NCBI GenBank assembly: GCA_963674865.2
Contig: CAXXYE010000007.1
Span: forward strand, 1-64,000
Reading direction: 5' to 3'
Length of the DNA stretch: 64,000 bases
Origin: Candidatus Hydrogenedentota bacterium
Lineage (GTDB): Bacteria; Hydrogenedentota; Hydrogenedentia; Hydrogenedentales; SLHB01
The stretch's first letter is position 1. Each line of letters starts with the position of its first letter. Below the pieces are notes generated by a model that searched no databases, had not been told where the DNA came from, and worked only from the letters and a program-made list of their open reading frames with translations. Shown here one piece after another: positions 36,661 to 46,592 of the stretch. Both the position numbers and the translations under genes were made by a program.

Positions 36661-38640
36661 TCAGCTTGGGGGTGTTTTCAGGGCGCTGAGAATGGACTCT
36701 CGTAGATCGCGGGCGTCCGTATTGGCGGGGTGACGCGCCAGGGCGCGTTCAGCGTAGGTGAGCGCCTTCTCATTGTCCCCGAGGCCCTGATATAAGCGGG
36801 CCAGATTGATTAGAGCCATCACGTAGTCTGGGTCGGTTTCGAGGGCGCGTTCCCAATAGTCCGCCGCGGACTCAAGCAAGCCGTACTCGGCGCACAAACT
36901 GCCGAGGTTATTGAGTCCATCCTTGTCGTCGCCGGCGCACCCTGCGGCAGCGGCCAGTGCATCAAGCGCTTCCTCCCAATGCCCTTCGTCGAGCAGTTTG
37001 CGCCCGCGCGCGAAGTGATACTCGAACAGGATGAGCCCGGCGCTCCAATCTTCCTCCTCCTCCGCGTCGTCCAGTGCGTGCCAAGTGTAGTTGGCCCAAA
37101 GATCGCGTTGCGGCACATTCTCGCCCTCGGCGAGGTAGCGGTAAAGCAGGCCAGCGTTGATGACGCGGCGGCTTCCGGAGGTCCTTCTACTCGTCGAGTA
37201 AACGGGCCTGTCGGTGTGGTCGAGGAGCCACGCGAATATCGCTTCCTCGTCCTTTCGAGAGGGGACTCTCGCAAAACCAGCCTTCAGGGCCGGGGGCATG
37301 TCCTTGTAGACCTCCGGCACGGGATAGCCGTACTTGTTGGCGATGAGCACGTCTGGGCGCACTCCCTCGACGATCTGGAGGTACGCCAGTGGAAAGAGAG
37401 TGTGATCGCCGCTGCCGAAGTAAACGGCGTCTCGTTCCATGGTGCTGAAGAGGTTCAGGGCGTAATCCCGGGCGAGGTAAGAGTCGCTGCGGTTGTTGTG
37501 GTGGTAGTTGGCGATGAGGGGGCTCGCGATGACGATGAGGCCGAGGGCGCCCGTGGCGGTTACGCGCACTCCGGTATGTTGGAACGTCGATGTCACCCTA
37601 TCGAGGGCAACGCCGACAAAGACGGCCGCGAATACGTAGAGGGGTATCCAATAGGTGGTGTTGATCCAAATCGAGCGGCGGTCGAGGTCGAAATTCGGGA
37701 TGAGAATTGACCCCAACGCGATGACGGCAAGCAAGGCCACAAGTAGGGCGCACGCCGGCCGGTTCTTGCGCCATGCCGGCACAAGCCCTATGAGTGCGAG
37801 CACCGCAATCCAAGGCGTGAACTCCCTTGCGTAGACCTCGATGAGCGTCCACGACTGCGCTACGAAACGCCCCAGGGAACGGGGGCCGTCGGTAACAATA
37901 AACCTGTATTGGGCGCGCGTAAGGACGTCCCAGAAGCCCGCCAAGGTTTCAGGATTTCCCCAATCCATGGCCGGATTCGCTCTGGAGCGGATGGGGAGAT
38001 ACAGGTTTATTGAGAAGCCGATCGCTATGAGCAATGCCGTGGCCGCATGGCGGCGCATGCGGCGCGGCTTTCTGTCAACCAGGAGGACGAAGCAGGCGAA
38101 CACCGGCCCCGCGAGAAACATGGTGCTGTGATTGCACAGGCCGAGCCCATAGGTAAGCGCCGCCGCGTAGAGATGCCATGGCCGTTGTGTCTTGCGCCAG
38201 CGGAGGAGCCAGAGTGCGCACAAGGCGAGGATGAAAGCGTTGAGCGTGTAGACTTCCGCAATGACGCTCTGCTCCCACAGCTCGCGGGAGAAGGCCAGCC
38301 CCAGCGCCGCGGCAACGGCGCAGCCATGCCGCTGGGTGAACTCAAGCGTGAGGAGGACGGTAACAGCGGCCGTCAGCGCTCCGAACACGGCGGAAACGAG
38401 GGCGGCGCGCCACACGACTTCCCCGGCCGGCACGGCCTTGATGGCGAGTTTGGCCAGCAGGCACCAAAGAGGATAGCCCGTGGGATGGGGAATACCGAGC
38501 GTGTAGGCCGCCGCGGCCAGCTCGCCTGCGTCCTCACCGGTGACTGTCGGCGCCAGCGTGAGTGTATAAACAAGCAGTGCGGCGAAAGCGGCCGCACCTG
38601 CCGTTGCTACGTCCCTGCGCCTCAAGGCGAGGGGGCGGGA
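36661..38640 (-). CDS. DUF2723 (TMEM260-like) GT-C glycosyltransferase with C-terminal TPRs; start uncertain
   Basis: TLAPTVTGEDAGEL, LGIPHPTGYPLW, AEVYTLN, LYLPIRS...DWGNP, GDHTLFPL; TPR tail. Confidence 0.85.
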   Translation of the reverse strand, partial: SRPLALRRRDVATAGAAAFAALLVYTLTLAPTVTGEDAGELAAAAYTLGIPHPTGYPLWCLLAKLAIKAVPAGEVVWRAALVSAVFGALTAAVTVLLTLEFTQRHGCAVAAALGLAFSRELWEQSVIAEVYTLNAFILALCALWLLRWRKTQRPWHLYAAALTYGLGLCNHSTMFLAGPVFACFVLLVDRKPRRMRRHAATALLIAIGFSINLYLPIRSRANPAMDWGNPETLAGFWDVLTRAQYRFIVTDGPRSLGRFVAQSWTLIEVYAREFTPWIAVLALIGLVPAWRKNRPACALLVALLAVIALGSILIPNFDLDRRSIWINTTYWIPLYVFAAVFVGVALDRVTSTFQHTGVRVTATGALGLIVIASPLIANYHHNNRSDSYLARDYALNLFSTMERDAVYFGSGDHTLFPLAYLQIVEGVRPDVLIANKYGYPVPEVYKDMPPALKAGFARVPSRKDEEAIFAWLLDHTDRPVYSTSRRTSGSRRVINAGLLYRYLAEGENVPQRDLWANYTWHALDDAEEEEDWSAGLILFEYHFARGRKLLDEGHWEEALDALAAAAGCAGDDKDGLNNLGSLCAEYGLLESAADYWERALETDPDYVMALINLARLYQGLGDNEKALTYAERALARHPANTDARDLRESILSALKTPPS

Positions 38641-38648
38641 CGGGCAAT

Positions 38649-39074
38649 TCAGTTGCGGTTCTCCGCCTTCTCCTCGGCCTTGATCCGGTTCCATACGTTG
38701 ATGGCTTCCTCGGGCGTCTCGGCTGTATGATCACCAAACACGTGGCCGTGGCGGCGGATAAGTTTCTCGTGGATTCGCTCGAGTGCGTGCGCCAGAGAGA
38801 ACCGGCCCTCGTGTTCCGCTGCCGCCAGAATGGCCAGGGTGTTGAAGAAGGTATCGCCCCACTCTTCCTCGATATTGTCATTATTCTGCTCAACGAACGC
38901 TTCGTCGAGTTCCTGCGTTTCCTCGATGAGGCAGTCGCAGAAATCCTTGGCGGTTTGCTTCTGATCCCACGGGCAGCCGTCCGGGCCGCGAAGGTACCTG
39001 GCGAGCCGCACAAGTGCCTCAAACCACTCGATTTCGGTGGTGGGCTCTTTGTCTAGATGGGGGTACTGCTTCAT
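38649..39074 (-). CDS. mazG: MazG-like nucleotide pyrophosphohydrolase (single domain)
   Basis: LRGPDGCPWDQKQT, EETQEL, EEWGD, KLIRRHGHVFG, WNRIK. Confidence 0.85.
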   Translation of the reverse strand: MKQYPHLDKEPTTEIEWFEALVRLARYLRGPDGCPWDQKQTAKDFCDCLIEETQELDEAFVEQNNDNIEEEWGDTFFNTLAILAAAEHEGRFSLAHALERIHEKLIRRHGHVFGDHTAETPEEAINVWNRIKAEEKAENRN

Positions 39075-39161
39075 GTCTACATTCCTTGATCGGTTAAGCG
39101 GCCCGGACAACTGGCCGATACTATACGCGGAGGTTGTATTCAGGACAAGGAGGTCCACTCT

Positions 39162-39362
39162 ATGCTGCTTCAATGCTGTGAGTGCAAGCGATACCGCGTC
39201 GCCGATGAATGGCGGCATCTTCTGAGGATTCCCTCGAGTTCCGTCAGTCACACGTACTGCCCGAAGTGCTATGAAAAAGCCTTCGCGCGTATCAAACTCC
39301 AGCAGGCCCTCTCACAATTGCAGGGCGCGTCGGAGGCTACGGGAGAGGCAGCGGCCGGATAG
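39162..39362 (+). CDS. Small zinc-binding protein (CxxC...SHTYCPKC)
   Basis: AAGGAGG SD; CCECKR...VSHTYCPKC. Confidence 0.7.
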   Translation: MLLQCCECKRYRVADEWRHLLRIPSSSVSHTYCPKCYEKAFARIKLQQALSQLQGASEATGEAAAG

Positions 39363-39416
39363 TCCTTTTCACACGACTTGCGTGCAGTCTGGCCACGCGT
39401 TTGTCAGGAAAGCCTG

Positions 39417-42400
39417 TTACTGCCACCACTTGAGCGAGACGGGGAACTCGGTGGCGGAATCGAAATCCACCGCGAAGCGGAATTGTCCGGGGATCTTCGA
39501 AACTTTGACAAGTAGTGTGTTGCGGCCCTGTTTCAGGCTTGCCGAGACCGCGTGACGTTCAAGGTGGTCGAGGGGGAGATGGTGCCGCACGTCGTGAATC
39601 AAGCCTCCATTCAGCCATACCTTGGTGGCGTCTTGCGTTGCCAGCCTGATATTGACGGCTTGGCGCCTATCGCACGAGAACTCGGCGTAGGCGTAAGCTG
39701 TACCGTAGTCGAAGCGCGGATAGTACTCGTAGACGGGGGAGAGGGCCTCCTGTAAGTCCAGTATGTGGTCATTGTGGCCGCTTGAGGACCAGGGGCGCCA
39801 TGTAATGGCCTTGTACCAACCGGGATACGCGGCCTCGAGATCGATCTCCTTTTCCGGAGGATAGGCTTTGTCGTGGCCATCATCCCCCCAGTTTGGGAAC
39901 ATGCCGAGAACCTGCCACTTCCTCACGAACTCCATGCGCTCATGGCGCAGCCATTCTACGGACGGCTGGTGAAGGGGGGTGAATCCGCGAGGCGGTACGG
40001 AGCGTCGCGAGAAGTGCTTGAGCATGTTCACGAAAAGGCGATCGGCCACCGGATCGCTGCCGAGGTTCTCGAGCACCCGCAAATGGGTAAACACGACCCG
40101 CCCACTCCCATACCGCCGGACGAGGATGTCGCTGCCCCACCATTGGCCTTCCTCGAGCATGTAGTGGCCCGCGCCGGCCGGATTCGTGTCGAGTGTTCCA
40201 CAGATGTCCTCATCGCTGGACTCCAGAAACGTCTTCGGGGGCACTGTGTTTCGGTAGGGCTGGCGCATGAGGCCCCGCGCCGGGAGCCCGTCGAACACAG
40301 GGTGCAGCTTGGCGTAGTGATACATTCCGAGGAAGGCGCCCACGGCATCCTTGTTGGTGGCCCGGAGGCCGGGGTCGACGCGGTCTGCCAGGTCATTCCA
40401 GTCATCCGGCGGGCCGAAGATCAGCGCCACGGCGCCGGCCTTAACCTGGGCGAGGATCTGGGCGAGTTCATTATCCGGATAGGCCCGGATGGTATTGGCC
40501 AGTGGCGGAACAATGTGGACGGGGGCCAACGTGGCGCCGAGCTTCCCGAGCGCGCCACAGCGAGGCCGCCAGACGCCGTGCGGGTCGAGCACGTCAATGT
40601 CTACATCGCATGGCTCGACGGGCGCAAGCACGTGGAACGGCAGGGCGTTCTCGGCGAGAACATTCATTCCCTGCATGAGGCGGACGACGAACTCATGGGT
40701 GCCCGGCGAGCCCGAGGCGGAGACGGTCCCGCTCCACAGCTCCTTACCGGGGCGCGGCAGTTTGATATTACGCTTCTTTTTCCAAAGGATTTGGTTGGTA
40801 GGCCCGACCACTTGCAGGCTCAGGTCGGCCCGCCCTTCGATGCGGTTGTCATTGGCCAATACGACGGTGATGGGAAATTCCTCACGGGGCGCCGCGTTCG
40901 TACGGGGGGCGAAGATGAGGGGGCGCATGGGCTGCTGGATCCGCTTGAGAGTATCGAAAACGGGCTTGGGCCTGCGCCAGCGGTCGAGCATGCCTGCGCA
41001 GAACTCATGGCCGGCATCGCAGAGCTGGGTGTAGCAGTAGCCCGCGGCCTTGCCATTGGCGCGGATAGCGTCGATGTGGTGGCGGGCCGCATCGCACTGG
41101 AGCTGTTGCGTGGCCTGCGCTAGTCCTGCGAAGTCGCCGAACACCCTGTCGAGGCCGCGCTCAACGAATCCTCTCTCGGCCGCTTGGCGTATCCTCTCAA
41201 GAAAGCAGGCATCCTTGAGCGAGGAAGCCTGCTCTCCGTAGCGGCTCAGGACTTCCGGCAGATTCTCCATGCCGCCGAAGCCGAACTCGGACAGAAAACA
41301 GAGTCTGCCGGGATCGCCGCTGTGGGCGTAGTAGAGTTCGATTTCGCGGTCGACGGGCGCGCGCTGGTAAATGTGCAGGTCGTCATAAGGCTCGAATTCG
41401 TCTCGATAGGGCCTCATCAAGCGGGCGGACTCACGCGTGGCGTTGACGCCGCCGGAGTCGTCGATGATGAGGCGGGAGGGGTCAAGCGAGCGTGCAAGGC
41501 GACATAGGTCGTCCTTGATCAATTGCGCTCCGCCGTTGATCTCGTAGCCGGCATTGCCGGACTCATTCAAGATGCCCCAAATCACCACGGAGGGATGATT
41601 GCGGTCGCGAAGGATCATCTCGCGGACCTCGCGCTCGCAGCGTTCTTGCATCCATCGCGAGCGCTGGATCCATCCGATGGGAGGCTCAACGTAGGCTAGT
41701 AGGCCGAGTTCATCCGCGATATCGAGACTGCGCCGGGGCGGAGTCTTGATGTGGAACCGAACCATGTTGAAGCCGGCCTGTTTGGCCAGTTCAAGTTCTT
41801 TGCGCAATAGCGATTCATCGTCAGGCGCGGCGAGGGAGAGGGGGTAGTCGGGTTGGTGCAGTACAGCCTGGACGAATATCGGGTGGTCGTTCAGGTAGAA
41901 CCGGCCCTCCTTGGCGGTGAAGGAACGCATTCCGAAGCGCGTCGCTGTGCGGTCAACCGGTGTGCCGTCCAAGAGCAACTCGCAGACGAGCGTGTAGAGC
42001 TTCGGGCTTTCCGGTGACCAGAGTTCCGCATCGGGAAACTCGAGTCCCATGCGCCCCGGTTCGCCCGTGGCCTCGACGTTCGTGCCCTCTATCGTCAACC
42101 GCACCAGGCCGGGGTGCGAGGTGGCAACATCAACGTTGAGCCGCTTGCGGCGGATGTCGGGCTGGACAAATACGTCCGTGATATGGGCGTGCGGCAATCC
42201 CACCAAGCGCACATCGCCCCAGATGCCGGCGAACGGCCAGTATCCGTTCTCTTTGGCGCACGGGATCTGTTTTGGCCGGAAGTCACCGAAGCCTTCGGGG
42301 CCGTGGGGATCGATAATGCGCACGGCCAGCCGGTTTGCCCCTGTCGCCAGTGCCTCCGTCGCGTCGAAGGAGAAGGGCGTGTAGCCGCCCTCATGATCGC

Positions 42401-42686
42401 CGAGCCGGTGCCCGTTCAGCCATACCTCGGCGTAGTAGTCGGCCGCGTCGAATTCCAGCATGGCGCAGCGCTCGCGCCATTCGGCGTCCAGCTCGAACTC
42501 TCGAAAGTACCATCCTACGCCATCGTAGTCGGGCACCCATCGATCCCAGACGCTTGGGACTCGGACTTCGAGTGCGTCTGCCAGACTCTTCTCAGTGGCC
42601 CATTGCTTGGCCTTCCCGATGTCTTCGGGATCCAGCACAAGTCTCCATGGACCTGTGAGATCGTATTCAACTCGCGTTGTCTTCAT
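39417..42686 (-). CDS. Family 2 glycoside hydrolase with extra C-terminal domains
   Basis: GVGWYFREF, HEGGYTPF, GFNMVRFH, RDRNHPSVVIWGILNE, SEFG, YTQLCD. Confidence 0.9.
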   Translation of the reverse strand: MKTTRVEYDLTGPWRLVLDPEDIGKAKQWATEKSLADALEVRVPSVWDRWVPDYDGVGWYFREFELDAEWRERCAMLEFDAADYYAEVWLNGHRLGDHEGGYTPFSFDATEALATGANRLAVRIIDPHGPEGFGDFRPKQIPCAKENGYWPFAGIWGDVRLVGLPHAHITDVFVQPDIRRKRLNVDVATSHPGLVRLTIEGTNVEATGEPGRMGLEFPDAELWSPESPKLYTLVCELLLDGTPVDRTATRFGMRSFTAKEGRFYLNDHPIFVQAVLHQPDYPLSLAAPDDESLLRKELELAKQAGFNMVRFHIKTPPRRSLDIADELGLLAYVEPPIGWIQRSRWMQERCEREVREMILRDRNHPSVVIWGILNESGNAGYEINGGAQLIKDDLCRLARSLDPSRLIIDDSGGVNATRESARLMRPYRDEFEPYDDLHIYQRAPVDREIELYYAHSGDPGRLCFLSEFGFGGMENLPEVLSRYGEQASSLKDACFLERIRQAAERGFVERGLDRVFGDFAGLAQATQQLQCDAARHHIDAIRANGKAAGYCYTQLCDAGHEFCAGMLDRWRRPKPVFDTLKRIQQPMRPLIFAPRTNAAPREEFPITVVLANDNRIEGRADLSLQVVGPTNQILWKKKRNIKLPRPGKELWSGTVSASGSPGTHEFVVRLMQGMNVLAENALPFHVLAPVEPCDVDIDVLDPHGVWRPRCGALGKLGATLAPVHIVPPLANTIRAYPDNELAQILAQVKAGAVALIFGPPDDWNDLADRVDPGLRATNKDAVGAFLGMYHYAKLHPVFDGLPARGLMRQPYRNTVPPKTFLESSDEDICGTLDTNPAGAGHYMLEEGQWWGSDILVRRYGSGRVVFTHLRVLENLGSDPVADRLFVNMLKHFSRRSVPPRGFTPLHQPSVEWLRHERMEFVRKWQVLGMFPNWGDDGHDKAYPPEKEIDLEAAYPGWYKAITWRPWSSSGHNDHILDLQEALSPVYEYYPRFDYGTAYAYAEFSCDRRQAVNIRLATQDATKVWLNGGLIHDVRHHLPLDHLERHAVSASLKQGRNTLLVKVSKIPGQFRFAVDFDSATEFPVSLKWWQ

Positions 42687-42755
42687 CGCCCCTACCGTGT
42701 TCGGAAGGCATCCAGTTCATCCAATCCCCGCGGGCGCGCCGCCCGAGGAACAGCG

Positions 42756-43289
42756 TTAGTACGTGAGGGCTGCGACGATGAGCATCACAAGCCCTATGGC
42801 CAATTTGGCTAAGAGGCCGCCTATCTTGCCTAGTGCGGCGCCAAATCCCGTCCATGCGGCCTCGCCGACCTGTCTCTGCATAACAATGAGTTCGTAGGCA
42901 AGGGCTGCGACAAAGGCCCCAAGGCAGGCGCCAATCAACGTGCCTACGATAGGAAGCCACGGGGTGCCCACAATGGCGCCCACAATGCAGCCGGCCAGAA
43001 CCGAGAACATCGAGCCCTTGCTGCCACCGAACCGAGACGCGCCGAAGCCTGCCGCCAAGAACTCGATGACCTCGCCCAGGATCGCCAGTACCGTCAAGAG
43101 GAGGAGACTCCATATGCCGAAATGCTCGAGTCCCGATACGGCCCAAGTCGTCGTAATCGCGCCGAGAATGATCCAGTTACCGAACAGGCCCACGGCATCC
43201 AGTGCCAGTCCCGCGATGATGGCCAGAAAGAAGCACGTCCACCCGACTATCGCCAAGAATGTTGCCAAGAAGGGATCTCCAGCGCGCAT
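42756..43289 (-). CDS. DUF456 family membrane protein
   Basis: GASRFGGSK, IVGTLIGACLGAFVAALAYE; highly hydrophobic. Confidence 0.75.
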   Translation of the reverse strand: MRAGDPFLATFLAIVGWTCFFLAIIAGLALDAVGLFGNWIILGAITTTWAVSGLEHFGIWSLLLLTVLAILGEVIEFLAAGFGASRFGGSKGSMFSVLAGCIVGAIVGTPWLPIVGTLIGACLGAFVAALAYELIVMQRQVGEAAWTGFGAALGKIGGLLAKLAIGLVMLIVAALTY

Positions 43290-43412
43290 CTTACGAGATA
43301 TAACGGGCAATGTATCCTATGTTATTATCCGCCGTCAATTACCCCTCAAGCTCCGGCGCTTTCTCGACGTATCTCTGCAAGCTCCCGCGGGCTCGAAGTA
43401 AGGAAGAATCAC

Positions 43413-44279
43413 ATGAAAGCTACCCAGGAATGTCTTGTCTGCGTGCTTGCTCAGGCCCTGCGCGCGGCCCGTGTCGCCACGGAAGATACGGGCGTGCAGC
43501 GCGCTATTCTTGATGCGGCGTCCGAGCGCGTGCCGACGTTGGATCTAAACGAGTCCCCCGCGGTGATCTCGATGTGTGCCTATGAGCTTGCGGCGGAGTT
43601 GTCCGGCAAGGCCGATCCCTACGGCGCATTGAAGTTTGAGCAGAACCGCCACGCTATGACTCTTGAACAGGAATTGCGGGAGTTAGTCCGGAATGGCGAC
43701 GATCCGCTCCTGAGTGCGCTGCACCTGGCCGCGGCAGGGAACATCATCGATCTCGGTACGATGCACGCCCAGCAGATCGATGTACGGCAGGCTGTCGAGC
43801 AGGTTATGGCCGAGAGCTTCGCCGTCGAGCACCTTGCCGAGTTCCGCGACTCCCTAGCGCGGTGCCGTGATTTGCTCTACCTCTTGGACAACGCCGGCGA
43901 GATTGTCTTCGACAAGATCCTGGTCGAGGAACTCGCTAAGCACACCACCGTTACAGCTGTTGTGAAGGCCGGGCCGATCATCAATGACGCCACCATGGAA
44001 GACGCTGTTCAGGTTGGACTTCCGGACATCTGCGAAGTGATCGATACGGGGGGCGCGTTCATCGGGGCGCCGCCCAGCCTTGTGCCGGAATCATTCTCGA
44101 AGCGGATGCACGTGGCCGACATGATCATTGGGAAGGGGCAGGGGAACTACGAGACGATAGACGATTTTCCCGGCGATGTATTCCTCATTCTCCGCGCGAA
44201 ATGCGAGATCGTTGCCGCGCATATGGGCGTGGAATTCGGCCAGGTCGGCTTGATCTCGACGCGGGCCAGAGGAGCGTAG
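43413..44279 (+). CDS. DUF89/ARMT1-like damage-control phosphatase
   Basis: ECLVC, DPY, GNIIDLG, DNAGEIVFD, INDAT, KGQGNYET, KC. Confidence 0.9.
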   Translation: MKATQECLVCVLAQALRAARVATEDTGVQRAILDAASERVPTLDLNESPAVISMCAYELAAELSGKADPYGALKFEQNRHAMTLEQELRELVRNGDDPLLSALHLAAAGNIIDLGTMHAQQIDVRQAVEQVMAESFAVEHLAEFRDSLARCRDLLYLLDNAGEIVFDKILVEELAKHTTVTAVVKAGPIINDATMEDAVQVGLPDICEVIDTGGAFIGAPPSLVPESFSKRMHVADMIIGKGQGNYETIDDFPGDVFLILRAKCEIVAAHMGVEFGQVGLISTRARGA

Positions 44280-44297
44280 ACACCGCGTATCCCCTAA

Positions 44298-44660
44298 CTA
44301 CCTGCGGCGAGGTCCTCTGCGCTTCTGTTGGGGTCGTTTCCTGCGGGAGGGATTTCGTCGGGCCTTGGCCGTGAGGTCGTCTTCTTCTACCGGCGACGCT
44401 GCCGCGCGCGGCTTGACGAACCGTGCGTGCTTGTCTTCCAAGGCATTGAGGCTGCCGCAGCGAGGGCACTCGGAAATGCTCTCGGCGCCTTCGTCGAGGT
44501 ACATGTAGCCGCAGAAGACGCAGCGCCATAGGAACTGCTTCGCCAGAAAGCGCTGGGGTCGGCGCACAGTCAACTCAGCGTAAAGCCAGATGACAACGAT
44601 GACGACGCCGAGCACGATGGTGTAGAGGGCCAAGGCATGTTGCAGTGAGATGGGGATCAT
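44298..44660 (-). CDS. Membrane-anchored zinc-ribbon protein with basic tail
   Basis: One TM, CVFC...CPRCGSLN; ATGA overlap with the upstream gene. Confidence 0.7.
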   Translation of the reverse strand: MIPISLQHALALYTIVLGVVIVVIWLYAELTVRRPQRFLAKQFLWRCVFCGYMYLDEGAESISECPRCGSLNALEDKHARFVKPRAAASPVEEDDLTAKARRNPSRRKRPQQKRRGPRRR

Positions 44661-45472
44661 CTCAGGCCTCGTGCGCGCGTCAGCACGAGTGTCCCACGCT
44701 GGCGCTTGCGCTTTTCGGCGCTTATCGGCTCGAAGCGGTACTTCCACAGTGCCTGGGTGGTGCTGGCCACAATGCCTGCTTCATCCTCCACTGGGGGCAT
44801 GATCTCAACTACTTTTCCGGCGGGATTGACGGCGAAGACCATGGTGATGGGCTGTTCCAGCTTCGCCGGGTCGATATCCCATAGCGCCTCAATGGGCGGC
44901 GAGTAGATCAATTGCCGGTCCTTGGGCTCCGAAAACCACTCGATGTAAGTCTCGAAACCTTCGGCGGGGCGGGTGGCGGGTTCGGGAGGACCTTCATCGA
45001 GGTCGCTTCCCCACGACAGGCGCAGTCGTGAAAGCGCGGCGCTGAGGCCGCCGAGTTCCTCGCCAAAACGCGACCAGGAATCCGTGCGTTTGTGGCGGAA
45101 CATATCGTCGTAGTGGGAGCTGAGAGCCAGACTCTTCTCGCGGAATCCCAGCCGCTCCAATTCAGCGAAATGCAGTGTGGGCAATTCGATGCGCGGCAGG
45201 ATTCCGGCTTGTTCCGGGCCCCCTTCCAGGCGGAGGTCGCCAATATCCCCCAAGTCAAAGGAGGAGCCGGCCAGGCTGGGTGGCGGCGTGTCGGTGGCGA
45301 GGGAAACGACCTGCCACCCCTCGGGCGGCACGAGGGCCAGCGCGAGGGAGGCCGGACTTGAACGCGGAAACGTGATCACGATGGAAAACAAGGTCACCGC
45401 CGACAGATGCACCATGAGCGATACGGCCAGCGCGATGGTGAACACGCGGTCGCGCCCCACGACGCACCTCAC
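44657..45472 (-). CDS. Putative TonB-like energy transducer
   Basis: N-terminal TM with SxxxH (SLMVH); C-terminal VNPAGKV...WKYRFEP; follows exbD with GTGA overlap. Confidence 0.65.
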   Translation of the reverse strand: MRCVVGRDRVFTIALAVSLMVHLSAVTLFSIVITFPRSSPASLALALVPPEGWQVVSLATDTPPPSLAGSSFDLGDIGDLRLEGGPEQAGILPRIELPTLHFAELERLGFREKSLALSSHYDDMFRHKRTDSWSRFGEELGGLSAALSRLRLSWGSDLDEGPPEPATRPAEGFETYIEWFSEPKDRQLIYSPPIEALWDIDPAKLEQPITMVFAVNPAGKVVEIMPPVEDEAGIVASTTQALWKYRFEPISAEKRKRQRGTLVLTRARGLR

Positions 45473-45912
45473 TGGTCGGCTTGGCCGGGTGGCCGCGCGG
45501 CGATGCCGCACATCTCGATGCCTACACTTTTCGCGATGCCCAGTACCTCGACCAAGCGGCCCGTTTCGAGGCGTTCATCCGCGCGAATAAGCACCATGAT
45601 GTCGGGCCGCTCCTGGCGCCGCTCCGCGAGAACGCGCGATAGCTGCGGCATGCTTTCGACCTCGACATTGTCAACGAAGATCGGGCCCGCGTTATCCGGG
45701 CCGCCATCGCCGTAGGCAAGGGTGATGGAGATGTCCTTCTGCTCGAGGGCGACGGCGCCCTCGGCCTCGGGCATCTGGATTTGCACGGAGCTTTGCACCA
45801 CGAAGGTGGACGAGAGCATGAAGAAGATGAGGAGAAGGAACACGACGTCGATCAAGGGCGTGAGGTCAACCGTCGCCCGTACCTTCCGCTTATCGCTCTC
45901 ACGGAATCGCAT
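45469..45912 (-). CDS. exbD: ExbD/TolR biopolymer transport protein
   Basis: DLTPLIDVVFLLLIFFM, IRAD. Confidence 0.9.
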   Translation of the reverse strand: MRFRESDKRKVRATVDLTPLIDVVFLLLIFFMLSSTFVVQSSVQIQMPEAEGAVALEQKDISITLAYGDGGPDNAGPIFVDNVEVESMPQLSRVLAERRQERPDIMVLIRADERLETGRLVEVLGIAKSVGIEMCGIAARPPGQADQ

Positions 45913-45916
45913 GGCG

Positions 45917-46558
45917 TCAGATCTCGTATTCGCCGCGGTTCTTGGTTAGGAGTTCGACGAGTTCGGAGGAGCTGATCTCCATTTCGAGGACCATGTGATC
46001 CACCCGCGTGACGAAGTAGTTGTAGATCACCAACGTGGGAATGGCGATGGTGAGGCCGGCTGCGGTGGTGATGAGGGCGTTGCTAATACCTTCGGCCAGG
46101 TCCGCGGGATTCACCTGCCCCTGCTTGTCCTGGATCATGGCGAAACACTTGATCATACCGGTGACGGTGCCGAGCAGGCCGAGGAGGGGGGCGATGTTGG
46201 CGCAGGTGGCCAGTGCGGACATATAGCGCTCCAAGCGCGGTACCTCAAGATGGCCCGCGTCCTCAATGGCCTCGCGGATATCCTCCTTGCTGCGGTTATG
46301 CTTGAGGATACCGGCCTTCATGATGCGTGCAATAGGCCCCTCTGTCTCGTCGCATATCTCGATGGCCTCCTGGATACGGTTCTGCCGCAACACGGTGCGC
46401 ATGGTATCCATGAACTCCCGCGTATCGATGGTGGCCCGGCGCAAGGAGAAAAACCGCTCGATGGCGATGGCCAGAGCCATCACGGAACAGGCCATGATCG
46501 GCCACATCAGCGGACCTCCGGCGAAGATAATCTCGATGACGTTCACGTTGTCCGGCAC
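45917..46558 (-). CDS. exbB: MotA/TolQ/ExbB proton channel protein
   Basis: APLLGLLGTVTGMI, GISNALITTAAGL. Confidence 0.9.
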   Translation of the reverse strand: MPDNVNVIEIIFAGGPLMWPIMACSVMALAIAIERFFSLRRATIDTREFMDTMRTVLRQNRIQEAIEICDETEGPIARIMKAGILKHNRSKEDIREAIEDAGHLEVPRLERYMSALATCANIAPLLGLLGTVTGMIKCFAMIQDKQGQVNPADLAEGISNALITTAAGLTIAIPTLVIYNYFVTRVDHMVLEMEISSSELVELLTKNRGEYEI

Positions 46559-46592
46559 GGCGATTCAGGCCTCCTTCGCTTCCGGTCAGTCA

